A stretch of 63,035 nucleotides of DNA, counting the filler, from Sanchytrium tribonematis (taxonomy: Eukaryota), in NCBI GenBank assembly GCA_018985235.1. It is 17 parts of 17 records of this genome, joined end to end, with 100 filler letters (N's around TTAATTAATTAA, not from the genome) between each part and the next. Parts side by side here need not be neighbours in the genome. Positions count along the whole stretch, not along the records: positions 19,851 to 37,711 come from JADGIG010000120.1; positions 37,812 to 39,540 come from JADGIG010001218.1; positions 39,641 to 41,368 come from JADGIG010001219.1; positions 41,469 to 43,195 come from JADGIG010001220.1; positions 43,296 to 45,022 come from JADGIG010001221.1; 12 more parts are not named here. The stretch is one strand, 5' to 3'. This document shows, one piece after another, positions 32,869 through 44,069 of the stretch (position 1 is the stretch's first letter; each line of letters opens with the position of its first letter). The notes beneath the pieces are model-generated. The model searched no databases and had not been told where the DNA came from. It saw only the letters and a program-made list of their open reading frames with translations. The translations under genes and the position numbers were made by a program.

Positions 32869-33468
32869 ATGTTGAGACTAGATAAACCAAAGCATGAAAT
32901 CCCATTATCTCTCTGGTTCATTACTTGTATAACGTATAGCATCTACATTATCATTTATGATCAAGATACGGTCACATTGGTTTCCAACATTTCAAATATG
33001 GTCATCAACATGGCAGCATTAACCATACTATTCGTGAATCATATTAATGCAAAAAAGGCCATATTTATTCTATATTTGGTAGTTTCAAATATCATTTTTG
33101 CTGCGTATGTGATTTCCCAAGATTCTTTCCCAACCTTAACAAGTGAAGCCGCTATGGTATATTTCCTAGGAAATGTGATGGTTTATATATTATTTTCAAA
33201 ACATATCCAATTATCACAGCCAGGTTTCGTATCTGCAGAATTACCAATGACTAGAGATTCCAATATTGATCTTAAAACAAGTCAGTTGGATGCATATGAA
33301 TTACAACTTACCACACCTAGTCCTTCAAAAGATCCTATTCCTAATATAGTAGACCCTATAGCGTCAGATTCAATTGTCGAACAAACAGAATTCGATGAAA
33401 CAGCACAAGAAAGTCAAGATTTAGTAGAAAAGCAAGAATTACATGAAATCGTATCTAAAAATCAGTAA
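32869..33468 (+). CDS. 4-TM membrane protein, probable tandem paralog of 32128-32715
   Basis: LFVNHINAKKAIFILY versus LFVKNIRFKQIIYAIY; YFLG versus YFIG. Confidence 0.65.
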   Translation: MLRLDKPKHEIPLSLWFITCITYSIYIIIYDQDTVTLVSNISNMVINMAALTILFVNHINAKKAIFILYLVVSNIIFAAYVISQDSFPTLTSEAAMVYFLGNVMVYILFSKHIQLSQPGFVSAELPMTRDSNIDLKTSQLDAYELQLTTPSPSKDPIPNIVDPIASDSIVEQTEFDETAQESQDLVEKQELHEIVSKNQ

Positions 33469-33478
33469 ATTATATTTA

Positions 33479-34559
33479 TTAAGTAGTAAATCGCTCCGCA
33501 ACATCAAATAGCAACACCGTTCTCGTTCTCTGTATTTTAGGTGCAAAATCTGGTGCTTTATAACTGGCTCGTTCTCCCATGACCACTAAATTAATTTAAA
33601 TTACATCGATGTAAAAAGAAGTCTCTTCCAACAGCATCTTTTTTAATAATAGGTGGATCTGGTAATTCTGGAAAGAAGGGAGGAACGCCTTTGCGAGTTG
33701 CAAACATCAATTTGTAACCATCTGGATGGGGTGTTACAGCAGCAATCACATGATTTTGTTTAGAGGTATTTGTTTTTATGTCATATACAGCACCAGGTTC
33801 TACAAAAACAATCGTCACAATGTCATTTCCAATATGTCTTTTTTTCTCAATTTGTTGTCTGTCATGTGGATTATGAGGAAGAAAAGCAGCAACATGGAAC
33901 ATAATTTCATATCCCTGCCACTTGGTATACAAAGATTTATCACCAGTCAAACTATTTTGAACATCAAGACCGGCTTTATATTCTTGCCAGCCTTTTAATT
34001 TTATTTCTTCACCTAAAAAACTCAAAAACTCTTTATAAGCAGGTGTACCATCTTTTTCTGTATTTCCAAACATTTCTTCTTCTGTAGACTGTCCATTTTT
34101 AATATGCGTGAGTCCAAATTTGTAACTACGAATCACTTGTCTTTCTTCCATACTCAATAATTCATTGGGTAAACTAGAGTCTTTACTAATTTGAAGTAAA
34201 TTAGTGGGAACTGTTTCTGTACATGCCCGAATCACAGCATACGGAGTAGGTCCGAGTCCAAATAATTTCCGGATGAATGAATTTTGAACTTGATCATATA
34301 AACACGACAATCTAAGGGATCCATCTGGTGATCTAACAAGTACTTTGTACGTAGCACCATCTAATATCACAGATACAGCCATAGGGCCCTTTGGAGATTT
34401 GGGAATCAACAAGTTCAAGTGAGATTTACCAAGAAAATTATCTCTATAATAAATAATATCTTTTTCACATTCTTGTAATAAACTATCGTGAACTCCCGTC
34501 ACTCTCGCATTTGGGTTCGTGGACTGAATTTCAAAATCAGAGCCAGTCGCTTTCAACAT
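33479..34559 (-). CDS. Rap GTPase-activating protein (Rap1GAP family); exons 34559-33605, 33585-33479
   Basis: YKFGL...GQSTEEEMFGN, YKAGLD, EIMFHVA, KKRHIGNDIV; spliced tail LVMGERASYKAPDFA...RTR. Confidence 0.9.
33586..33604 (-). other. 19-nt spliceosomal intron
   Basis: gtaatttaaattaatttag; restores FFLHR|LVMGERA (cf. FLLTKLINAENA). Confidence 0.92.
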
Positions 34560-34595
34560 GTTTCAAAATGACACGTCGCATATTTTTTCAAACAA

Positions 34596-35594
34596 ATGAA
34601 AATCGAATTACATACTGGCAAGAAACTGGATCATCCTGATGATATTAAAGACATTCGTGATAAATTAAAAGATGCACAACATTTATCTCTTCAAGGTAAT
34701 TCACTCAGCGTCGTGGTTTGTGAAATATTGGGTGCAGATTTGCATCAATTGTCTCATTTAGACATTCATGACTGTTTTACAGGCAGATTAAAAGCAGATG
34801 TACCTATATCTATGGACCATCTATTCCGAAATTGTCTCAATTTACAATATTTGGATGTAGGCCATAATGCGTTGTCTGCGTTGGGTGCCAAACATTTAGC
34901 CATTTTTCTACAAGATTCTCATTTAAATACACTATTATTAAATAATACAGGTATTGGTATTGAGGGCGTCAAGCATTTATCAAAAGGACTCGAGAAATAC
35001 TGTCAAAATCATCCTAATGGACCTCCTTTAATTCGATTTGAATGCGGTAGAAATAGATTAGAGACTGGCAGTCAATATTTAGTGACTGAATTAGAGAAAT
35101 GCATAAATTTGAAAGTATTAAGATTGCATCAAAATGGAATACGACCAGAATCCATTAAAATATTGAGCCATACTTTAAGAGGTAGTTCAGCTGAAACAGG
35201 ATGCAAAAAATTGGAAATATTAGATTTGCAAGATAATTCATTCATGTGGGAGGGATCAGAAGCATTTGCTGATCAATTATTGCCTAATCTCAAGCAATTA
35301 AAAGAATTAAATATTGGAGAATGTTTAACAAAAGATAAAGGGGGTTGCTATATTTTACAGCAAATCGTGAAATTAAAGGAATTACAAGTCGTTGATATGA
35401 CATATAATGAACTAAACATGAAGTCATTGGGATTTATTAATGGAAATGTGGAATATTTCAAAGAGAGGGAGATTAAATTGAATGGAAATGTTTTTGACGG
35501 TGAAGGAGAATTGGCTTTGAAATTGATGGATCTCATTAAAACAGATGAATGGGATGATTTGGAAGAACCAGATTCAGATGAAGATGGTGAATAA
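34596..35594 (+). CDS. RNA1: Ran GTPase-activating protein (LRR)
   Basis: LQGNSL, DCFTGRLKADV, LNNTGIG, CGRNRLE, QNGIRPE, LDLQDNSF, acidic tail. Confidence 0.92.
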   Translation: MKIELHTGKKLDHPDDIKDIRDKLKDAQHLSLQGNSLSVVVCEILGADLHQLSHLDIHDCFTGRLKADVPISMDHLFRNCLNLQYLDVGHNALSALGAKHLAIFLQDSHLNTLLLNNTGIGIEGVKHLSKGLEKYCQNHPNGPPLIRFECGRNRLETGSQYLVTELEKCINLKVLRLHQNGIRPESIKILSHTLRGSSAETGCKKLEILDLQDNSFMWEGSEAFADQLLPNLKQLKELNIGECLTKDKGGCYILQQIVKLKELQVVDMTYNELNMKSLGFINGNVEYFKEREIKLNGNVFDGEGELALKLMDLIKTDEWDDLEEPDSDEDGE

Positions 35595-35681
35595 ATATGA
35601 TTATTTCAGGGAATGGGCAATTTCAATGAAAATCCGTACAAAAAACAACTCTGAAACACCAAACTTTTACCCTTTTTAAAA

Positions 35682-36708
35682 ATGATTTCTAAACTCAAAT
35701 TAGTTGTGATTTTAGTATTTCTGACCATCCACGCTACCACATTACACGTATTTATCCAAATACCCGCGTATATCTTCATCAAATTGAACCCACTTATTAA
35801 AAACAAACAAATATACACTATTTGTAGCCAGCAAGCATTAATTGCATGGGGACATGTCAGCGTGATTATTATGCAATATTGTTTACCAGTCACACTCGTA
35901 CTATCTGGACTATCCAAATTTCCACGTGAAAATGCGATTGTTATTTCAAATCATTTAACTTATGCAGACTGGTTATTTTTATGGATGATTGCTCATTATA
36001 ACAATAGATTAGCAGGTATCAAGATAATTTTAAAAGAATCACCCAAATATGTCCCAATATTCGGATCTGCCATGGTTTTATTCGAATTCATATTTTTAAA
36101 AAGAAAATGGGAGCAAGATAAACCAATGCTAGCTCATAAACTACAATCTCATGTGAATACCAATGACATGTTCTTGATGATATTCCCAGAAGGCACCATT
36201 TTAGCAGATGATACATGCGCAAAATCAAAAGATTTCTGTCTCAAAAATAATTTGGTAAATTTCATTTATTTAGAAAGTATCCGACATGACACTCGTACCA
36301 CGCACAACAGGACTCTCATTTATCACTCAGAATATAGAATATGATGCCATTTATGATTTTACAATGGCATTTAAAGATTTAAGCAAGCAAGAATATCCAT
36401 ATCAAAAATATCCACTTTTAAGCATGTTAACCACTTCTAAATACCCTAAAGAAGTCCATTTTCACTGTAGAAGAATCCCCAAATCAGATATCCCACAACC
36501 CATTGATCAATGGCTTTATAAAATATTTGAAGAAAAAGATGAAATGATTCAAAATTATTTGAAAACTGGTCAATTAAAGCACCCGACTGATGTAGAATAT
36601 CATGAAACTAGATATAAACCTGCTTTTAAAGAATTTCCCATTCAAATTGCCTATTTATGGTGTTTGATGGCTTTATTTGCTGGAATTTACTTGAACAATA
36701 AATATTAA
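35682..36708 (+). CDS. Lysophospholipid acyltransferase (LCLAT1/Cst26-like); exons 35682-36254, 36274-36708
   Basis: NHLTYADW, FIFLKRKW, IFPEGT, LVPRTTG, IYDFT, WLYKIFEEKD. Confidence 0.9.
36255..36273 (+). other. 19-nt spliceosomal intron
   Basis: gtaaatttcatttatttag; joins the two ORFs as NNL|KVSDMTLVPRTTG. Confidence 0.92.
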
Positions 36709-36861
36709 ATATTAGAAATAATTCATTCCTCAGAAGATTGTACTTCTTTGAATATCACGATTTCTTATTTTGCATCTTGAATCATTTGATTTTCAATAGT
36801 TTTAGAATGGCACATCGCAAAAAGGCGGAAGAGATTATTTAGTTTGGCTAAAAGGATATAT

Positions 36862-37711
36862 TTATTGAATCTCACGCTGTAATGAACTTCCAATGGTCGA
36901 TCTGCGTTGTTCTATTCGCTTTCTGACAGGTGGACTTCTAAATAATCTCTCCAGTCCACACGTAATAGCAATTAAAATGGCCAATGCACTAAATAGGTAG
37001 ATGAGAATGGTCTGATATGATTGAAGAATGATGGCATTGGTAGATTGATCAAAATTTGAGATGGTTTGCGAGTAAATGGTAGACGAAGTTACATCAGATG
37101 CATTTGTTTCAAAATGGGTAATTGGTTGGGATGGCTTCCTGACGATTCTAGTGACAATTTCACGGATATTTAAAGATCCTTGAGTCTCATTTAATGTATT
37201 GATGGACACCAATGGTATATATGGAGATGAATACTCCTCCCAAGTGTGTGAATTTGATAAATTGGTAAATCGCACAGATGTCAATTGACTCGTAGAAATA
37301 CTCAATTGTGGACTTTTAATACATTGAATGTATTCAGAAAGATGTTCGATATTCAAATGATTATGACTTAAATCACATCCACGCAAAGCTGATAATGAAA
37401 TTGGATTTACAATCAATTCGGTAAATAAATTGTTTTGAATAGTCAATTGTATTGGATTTCCTAGGATATTCAATGTACCGTATAGTTGATTATTTTCTAA
37501 TGCAACATATTTGGTGGATAAAGGGAATATCTTGTCGCTCAAATCGCCTTTAAACTGGTTATTTTGAATATAAAATTCAATGACTTTTTTTGGAATTCCA
37601 ATGGATCCAATTAATTGGTTATCACCCAAAGAGATAGCTGTAATTGATTCAGAATCTAATGGAAATAATCCCGTAAAGTGATTATCTCTTAGCCATGCTG
37701 TATTTAATGAT
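36862..37711 (-). CDS. LRR receptor-like protein, 3' part (LRRs, S/T stalk, TM, short tail)
   Basis: L..NQL.G plant-type LRRs, CDLSHN, one TM near the C-terminus; 5' end cut by the spacer. Confidence 0.75.
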
Positions 37712-37811
37712 NNNNNNNNNNNNNNNNNNNNNNNNNNNNNNNNNNNNNNNNNNNNTTAATTAATTAANNNNNNNNNNNNNNNNNNNNNNNNNNNNNNNNN
37801 NNNNNNNNNNN

Positions 37812-39540
37812 CTTTACAAGAATCAAATGGATATTTTCAAGTTTTTACTCGGTAAATCCAATCAAATGTCACGATATAATGCATTTATGACTGCTATTCG
37901 ATATGGTAAATTGGATTATTTGCAATTATTATACGCTGAATTTGATTTAAATCATATAATTCATCAGAATCCACCACATTTTTACCAACCTATCGAATAT
38001 GCAGTGCGTCAAAATCAATTAGCCATTGTCCAATTTCTGATTGAAAAGGGTGTCAAATTGCAAGATTATCCCAATTTATATGAAATTGCCATTTCTACCA
38101 ATTTTAAAGAGATTTCAGACTATTTAGAACCATTTTACAAGGAATTTATCACTATTGATACATTATTACATGCCGCTGATGCATTAGATGAAGATGCCAT
38201 TCAAATTGCATTAGATGCGGGTTTTGATATCAATTCACAATTAAATGGGAAATCAGTCATTTCTGCAGTCCTTACAACTTATATGAGATCTAATTCACAT
38301 TTAGTCAAATCAATGATGGGCAATGATTTTGAAAAAGAGAGAGAAATCAAGTCCAAAATAATTTCATCTTTAGTTTCAAAAGGGGCAAATATCAATTTAC
38401 TCGATGAAAATGGACAATCTCCATTATTTAAAGCCAATTTACACATGTTTGATGTGGATATCTTAAAGGAAAATGGTGCTGATTTCAAAATTATCGATAA
38501 TAAGGGCAAAAATATCTTGCATTATAAATCAACAGATTTAAAGAGTATTCAGAAACTAATTAAAAATGGAGCAGATGTACATGGGATTGACCATCATGGA
38601 TCTACTGTATTCATGGAATCGGTCAAATTACATTATCAATTTAATCCAATGGATGTTTGGGATATTCAAAAATATGAATATTTGATGGATTTGGGAGTAG
38701 ATATCCATGCTATAGATGATCAAGGTGCTAATGCACTACTATATGCTGTTCAAATGTGTTTATTGCCACTCGTTAAAGTGCTCGTTGAAAAAGGATTCGA
38801 TTTGCACTTGTTTGATAAAAATGGTAAAAATGCCATTTATTATCTATTAAACAACCATGAGAACCCTAGAAAGTACTCTGAGACACTCAGATATCTCTTA
38901 GATCAACACGTCACAGTTAATTTTGAAGATCATTTTAATGGAATTCCATTTTTACACCAATCTTTGAAAATCTATTTAAATGCATTTATTCCTGAATTTG
39001 TCAAATTAGGTGCTGATATCAATGTGTTAAATGAAGATAGACAGTCTATTTTATTTAATAGATTAGAACCAAGTGAAATTGAGACATTTATCAAATTGGG
39101 TGCAAATGTGAATTTATTGGATAAAACAAAGAGAAATGCAGCCATGTTTAAAGCAGATAAAGAAGACAATACATATACATATCAAGGACTATCTTTGATT
39201 GAAATGAAACCATTTATTGATAATGGGTTGGATTTGCATCAAAAAGATGAAAATGGCAAATCATTGATTTTATTGGCATTTAGAGTGGGTACATTAGAAT
39301 TAATTGAATATTTGATAGCCAAGGGTGCGAATATACATGATAAAACAATTAAAGAGTCTAATGCAATCCATTTTGCAGCACTCCGAAAACCTGTTTATCA
39401 TAAAAATGAAGAAACCAAGCAAATATTTGATTATTTAGACCCTAAAGATGTGAATCTGGTTAATGAATCTGGTGATATCCCATTAGTCTATGCAATAAGT
39501 GCCAATAATTTAATATCTGTCCAATATTTAGTGAAACGAG
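37812..39540 (+). CDS. Ankyrin repeat protein (partial at both ends)
   Basis: Many L...GA(D/N)IN..D.NG repeats; open across the whole contig. Confidence 0.85.
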
Positions 39541-39640
39541 NNNNNNNNNNNNNNNNNNNNNNNNNNNNNNNNNNNNNNNNNNNNTTAATTAATTAANNNN
39601 NNNNNNNNNNNNNNNNNNNNNNNNNNNNNNNNNNNNNNNN

Positions 39641-40032
39641 GATGATAAATGTCGCTCAACAGCACTTAAATACATTCCTCTAACTTCTTTCTCAGAAGCC
39701 GAATTTTCATATAATTTACAGTCAACATGGAGCGACTCGTCATTCAAAACCACGATATAAAATTGCTTGCCATTGTAAATAATTGAGACGTTCTCCAAAT
39801 TATCCAGCGAATTGGGATCAAAACTCAGTTTAGGAGATATAGCTGTAGTTTCAGAACGTCCAAAAAATCTAGCCATTGGATCAACTACAGATGATTCATT
39901 TGAATTTAAATTAATTTCGTTTTTCAATATTTCAACTGGCTCGGTACAATATCTCCGAAGTAACTGTTTCAATTGTCTAGATCTAGTAGTTTTACCGGAA
40001 GATGGAAATCCAGTAATTGTAATTAAAGGCAT
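39641..40032 (-). CDS. KTI12: KTI12 (Elongator-associated P-loop protein), 5' part
   Basis: MPLITITGFPSSGKTTR; Y.NSASEKEVRG...SAVERHLS. Confidence 0.9.
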
Positions 40033-40054
40033 AGACAATGTTTCCTCCTTGAAC

Positions 40055-40477
40055 TTACTTGAATAGACTTTTCATAAATGTTTTGTGCTCTGAGTTGTTA
40101 ATTGTATCATTTAAATGTGCTTTCTTCTTGGGCGGTTCTATTTTTTCCGTAAATATTGTGTCTTGATCCCATTTTCGTTTCATTTGATAATTTGTAGAAA
40201 TCTCAGTTGGCTCTTCGTGTTCTAACTCATCCAAGAGATCCTCGATATTATCACTTATTTCACTGTCTGATTCTGAATTTTTTGAAGCAGCTTGAGAAAG
40301 TTCTGAAGAGCTGTCATAGTCAACCAATTTTTCAACTATTTTAACATTCTCTTCTGCCACTTCATTCTCAATCTCCCGCTTCTTCATTTTCATTTCTTTA
40401 GGAAGATCCCTAGAACTTTTAAATGAATTTTTATAATTAAAATCATCTAAACGAGTCCCGCCTTTTGCTGGTTTCAT
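40055..40477 (-). CDS. CWC15: Spliceosome-associated protein Cwc15, shortened (140 aa)
   Basis: PAKGG...SSRDLP...MKKR N-terminal motif; KRKWDQDTIF and LNDTINNSEHKTFM (cf. KRRWDDDVVF, VNDTLRSEFHKKFM). Confidence 0.85.
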   Translation of the reverse strand: MKPAKGGTRLDDFNYKNSFKSSRDLPKEMKMKKREIENEVAEENVKIVEKLVDYDSSSELSQAASKNSESDSEISDNIEDLLDELEHEEPTEISTNYQMKRKWDQDTIFTEKIEPPKKKAHLNDTINNSEHKTFMKSLFK

Positions 40478-40505
40478 CCCAAGTTTGCAAAAGATTAAAA
40501 TTTTA

Positions 40506-41368
40506 CTAAAGTTGATGTTCTCTAAGCTTGCGATGTAGCTCTGTGGGCACAGTTCCTTTGGTTTCTGGTATAAATTTGGCCATTATGACAAAACCAAAAA
40601 CTCCATATGCCACAAAAATTAGAAATACGTATGAATTTAACAAGGCTGTCAGCGGGATAAATCCAAATGACACGAGAAAATTGCTGATCCAGTTTACAGG
40701 GTTAGCAATGCCATTGGCTATGTCTACGGTTGTTCCATCAAAAAGCTCTCCAATTAATATAAATGGAATCACACATAAACCGACGGAGAAACCAGTAACT
40801 ATTGATATAAAAAATACAAAAGCCAACACTGGTAAATGAAATAACATACCCAACATTAATCCAAGTTGAGAAATTGATGTCCATACAATACTTATTAGCA
40901 GCAATTTTTTTCTTCCAATTCTTTCAATCAGAAAAGAGGAGCTCAAAGTAGAAAATATATTATATAGAGCTATTAGTAAAGAATAAAAAGCAGCTTGAGA
41001 TCCGAACAAATCTTTCAAAATAGACGCCGAATAAAAGAATACAACATTGATACCAGTAAGCTGCATGCTGGAATGGGCGGCAATGAGACCGATAAGTAAT
41101 TTGAGATACATTTTGTCTTTAAGCATAGACCATAACGAAAGCTGAGGCTCGTTGTCTGTTTTCTGGGCCCAGGCGGATATTTCTTCGATCACGTCATGGT
41201 TACTTGGACGAAGGGTCCTGAGAATACTTTGAGATTTTTGCATATTAGCTTCTGATTGCATATATAAATATTTTGGGCTTTCTGGACAAAAAAATATAGC
41301 AGCAAATTGAATGACTGCAGTAACGATTGGAAATCCCACGATTAGCCTCCAATCTTTCAAAAGATAAC
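40506..41368 (-). CDS. MFS sugar porter (GLUT-like), 3' part
   Basis: PESPKYL, QLTGINVVFFYS, ERIGRK, PETKG. Confidence 0.92.
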
Positions 41369-41534
41369 NNNNNNNNNNNNNNNNNNNNNNNNNNNNNNNN
41401 NNNNNNNNNNNNTTAATTAATTAANNNNNNNNNNNNNNNNNNNNNNNNNNNNNNNNNNNNNNNNNNNNTTAAAGAAAGTAAAATCCAAAAGAGTATTAAT
41501 TTATTGGATTTAAAGAAAGTAAAATCCGAGCAGA

Positions 41535-42530
41535 ATGGCCAGTGTGATTGAAATGCGTGATATTTTACTCGATTGTCATAAATTAGATAAAAAGAATCAC
41601 CAGAATATTAACAACCTAAGACTAATTTTTGATTACCAGTTTCTTGCAAATGTACCAAGAAACAAATATAAGCCCGTGGACATGAACAAATGTGATTCAT
41701 CATACGATGCTGACGCTTATGCCACATATGAGAAAATTAACTGGAATTGGTACCTGGAAAGACTTCAAATTGCCGAAAACGCGTACCTCCTGAATGAACA
41801 ACAATCGGAAAATGAAGACCAACAAGAATCGCATTCTTTTCGACTACTTGCAAAAGTTTGTGGACTTGATTATGTTGGCGACGAATACGGGTTCCCATAT
41901 TGTCCGTTTTACAAGGATGAATATTTCAAATTTAGTGCTTCTATAGCCCAGAAAAGAAACACGATTTTAAAAGATGCATCGTTCCTGTTAAGACCGCATT
42001 TAGGGGAAGTAACGGCATCGGGATATAAAGAATATTTAAAAGTTAGAGAATTAGATGTCGGAAGTTACCTAGATATCTACAAGATTCATAAAAATATTGT
42101 CATTAATGTCGCCAAATTCATGATGGCTAAATCACAATTAAAAGAGAATCAAAATATTCGTATTAGATTTGGACATGGTGTTTGTCTTTTAGAAAATGCT
42201 GAAACAGAACTACTTTTGGTGGAACAGAAACAGCAGATTATTTCCCTTGTAGAACAGAATCCCAATGTCAAAGTGGAACTGAATTACTCAAGCAATCTTA
42301 GACTGATGCGATTTGATGGAAATGAACACCCATTTTTTAAACTACCAAAACAAATTATTCGCGACTTTCTTGTGTTGGGAACAGATGACAATGGGATTTT
42401 GCCATGTGATTACATAGTCGAAAATGAGAAATTGGAATTGATTCCAGCAGAATTTGCAAGGCTGATATCTCAGAATTTTTTCAAGGATGAAGAAAAGAAA
42501 ATTGTAGTTAAAAGGCTTTTAAATTTTTAA
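41535..42530 (+). CDS. Divergent adenosine/AMP deaminase-family metallohydrolase (start uncertain)
   Basis: GLDYVGDE, RPHLGE, RFGHGV, ELNYSSN, HPF and GTDDNG in deaminase order. Confidence 0.65.
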   Translation: MASVIEMRDILLDCHKLDKKNHQNINNLRLIFDYQFLANVPRNKYKPVDMNKCDSSYDADAYATYEKINWNWYLERLQIAENAYLLNEQQSENEDQQESHSFRLLAKVCGLDYVGDEYGFPYCPFYKDEYFKFSASIAQKRNTILKDASFLLRPHLGEVTASGYKEYLKVRELDVGSYLDIYKIHKNIVINVAKFMMAKSQLKENQNIRIRFGHGVCLLENAETELLLVEQKQQIISLVEQNPNVKVELNYSSNLRLMRFDGNEHPFFKLPKQIIRDFLVLGTDDNGILPCDYIVENEKLELIPAEFARLISQNFFKDEEKKIVVKRLLNF

Positions 42531-42611
42531 TAAAATTTTTGTTTGATATAAGTATTTTAAAGCGGAGAAACATTAATTGAGTCGTGGAGCGTGACGTCGT
42601 ATTGCTGAAAC

Positions 42612-43195
42612 ATGATACTTTCAGCAATTTTGCTCGCTTTTGAATGCGTTAATCCAAAACATGTCCATTTGACTTTTAAGCCAGCTGAAGCTACTAGACT
42701 TTTAAATGCACTCTCCTTTTACGGGGTTCCCGCCTCAATTTTTGTTTCTGCAAATTTTAACCAAAATTTAGTTCAGAGTTTCATTGATTCCGGATTTGAA
42801 GTAGGTTTGGACCTGTCTTCAGATGTACAATTAGAAGTTTCTAGATTTCAGTCAGCCGCAAATATTTTGCCAAGTGCGATTTTAGGATCGTTAACACCGG
42901 ATCAAATCAACATAGCTGCTTCTTTTCAATTGAAAGTAGTAGACAATTTGATTACATTTCCTTTGACTGGTGACCGCGAACTTTTGTTAGATCAAATCAT
43001 TGGAAGCATTAGTTTTGCGCGAGGTTCAATTTTGCAAGGAAACGATGAAACATTTTTTAAGCAATCTGTACGTCAAATTGTTGCTTATTTGAAGACAAAA
43101 GCATTTCGTTTTGTCTCCTTAAGTGAGTGTTTAGGTCAAAAACGAACTCAGTTTCCTGCTACTCATGTATTTCAACCTACTACAAGTGCTATTTT
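42612..43195 (+). CDS. Secreted NodB/polysaccharide deacetylase-like protein lacking catalytic motifs (3' partial)
   Basis: C..PKHVHLTF (no DDGP), LLNAL...VPASIFV, GFEVG, GSI, IV.YLK...FRFVSLSECLG. Confidence 0.6.
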
Positions 43196-43295
43196 NNNNN
43201 NNNNNNNNNNNNNNNNNNNNNNNNNNNNNNNNNNNNNNNTTAATTAATTAANNNNNNNNNNNNNNNNNNNNNNNNNNNNNNNNNNNNNNNNNNNN

Positions 43296-43569
43296 GAGAG
43301 TGCAAAAAGCATGGATGAAATTAAACGACAAATATTGTCAGAATTGGCTAGTTGGAAGCATGAGAAGGAAATCAAACGACGCCCTAGACAATTGAGCACG
43401 TAATATTTATTAATTTAGATTAAATGCGCCTGATTTACAACAGGCTAAAAAAGTGCCAAAAGCCAATTATGAAACGGATAAAGTCAATGCATTGGCTGAG
43501 GAACATACAGATGTCGTGGTGGATGAGGATTTGGAGAAAGAGCTAGCTGGAATGGGATTAAAACAATAA
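43296..43569 (+). CDS. 3' end of a gene resembling a MAP kinase C-terminus; exons ..43399, 43419-43569
   Basis: ESAKSMDEIKRQILSELASW resembles the MAPK terminal helix; the spliced ORF ends at TAA within AATAAA. Confidence 0.5.
43400..43418 (+). other. 19-nt spliceosomal intron
   Basis: gtaatatttattaatttag; matches the consensus and removal extends the frame by about 50 codons. Confidence 0.8.
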
Positions 43570-43696
43570 AGGACATGTGTTTTTTATAAAATGTATTTTG
43601 AATTTTTAGACGTGTTTTGTTTATTTGGACGTCGTTTGTTTATTCAATCAAAATAAACAATTACAGATATAAAAGCACACTTGTCTAAAATTGAAC

Positions 43697-44014
43697 ATGG
43701 TATCTTTGACTAATAAAGAAACACTTGTAGACCCTCTTCAAAATAGAGAGGTTATGAATAGATTGGCTCAAAATGAAGCAGAAATAGCCCAAAACCCGAA
43801 AAAGTTCAATCAAGAGTTGAAGAAAGATTTGGATTAAGAAATCAAATTGAATGACCAATTAGGCTCTGATATTGAGCATTTAACAGTCGAGATGATGCAT
43901 TTAAAATTAAAAATCAAAAAATTAAAATACCAACAAAAATATGGTGATTTGACAGAATTAGCTATAAAAGTTGTCAAAGATATGGATGCATCTGATCCAT
44001 CAGTAACTGAGTAA
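43697..44014 (+). CDS. Small coiled-coil protein with an internal TAA at 43835-43837
   Basis: 106-codon frame from ATG, coiled-coil character on both sides of one in-frame TAA. Confidence 0.5.
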
Positions 44015-44069
44015 ATATAATTTATATATTAATTTGATTTTTCTGTCACAAATCAACTAGGTCATCAAA

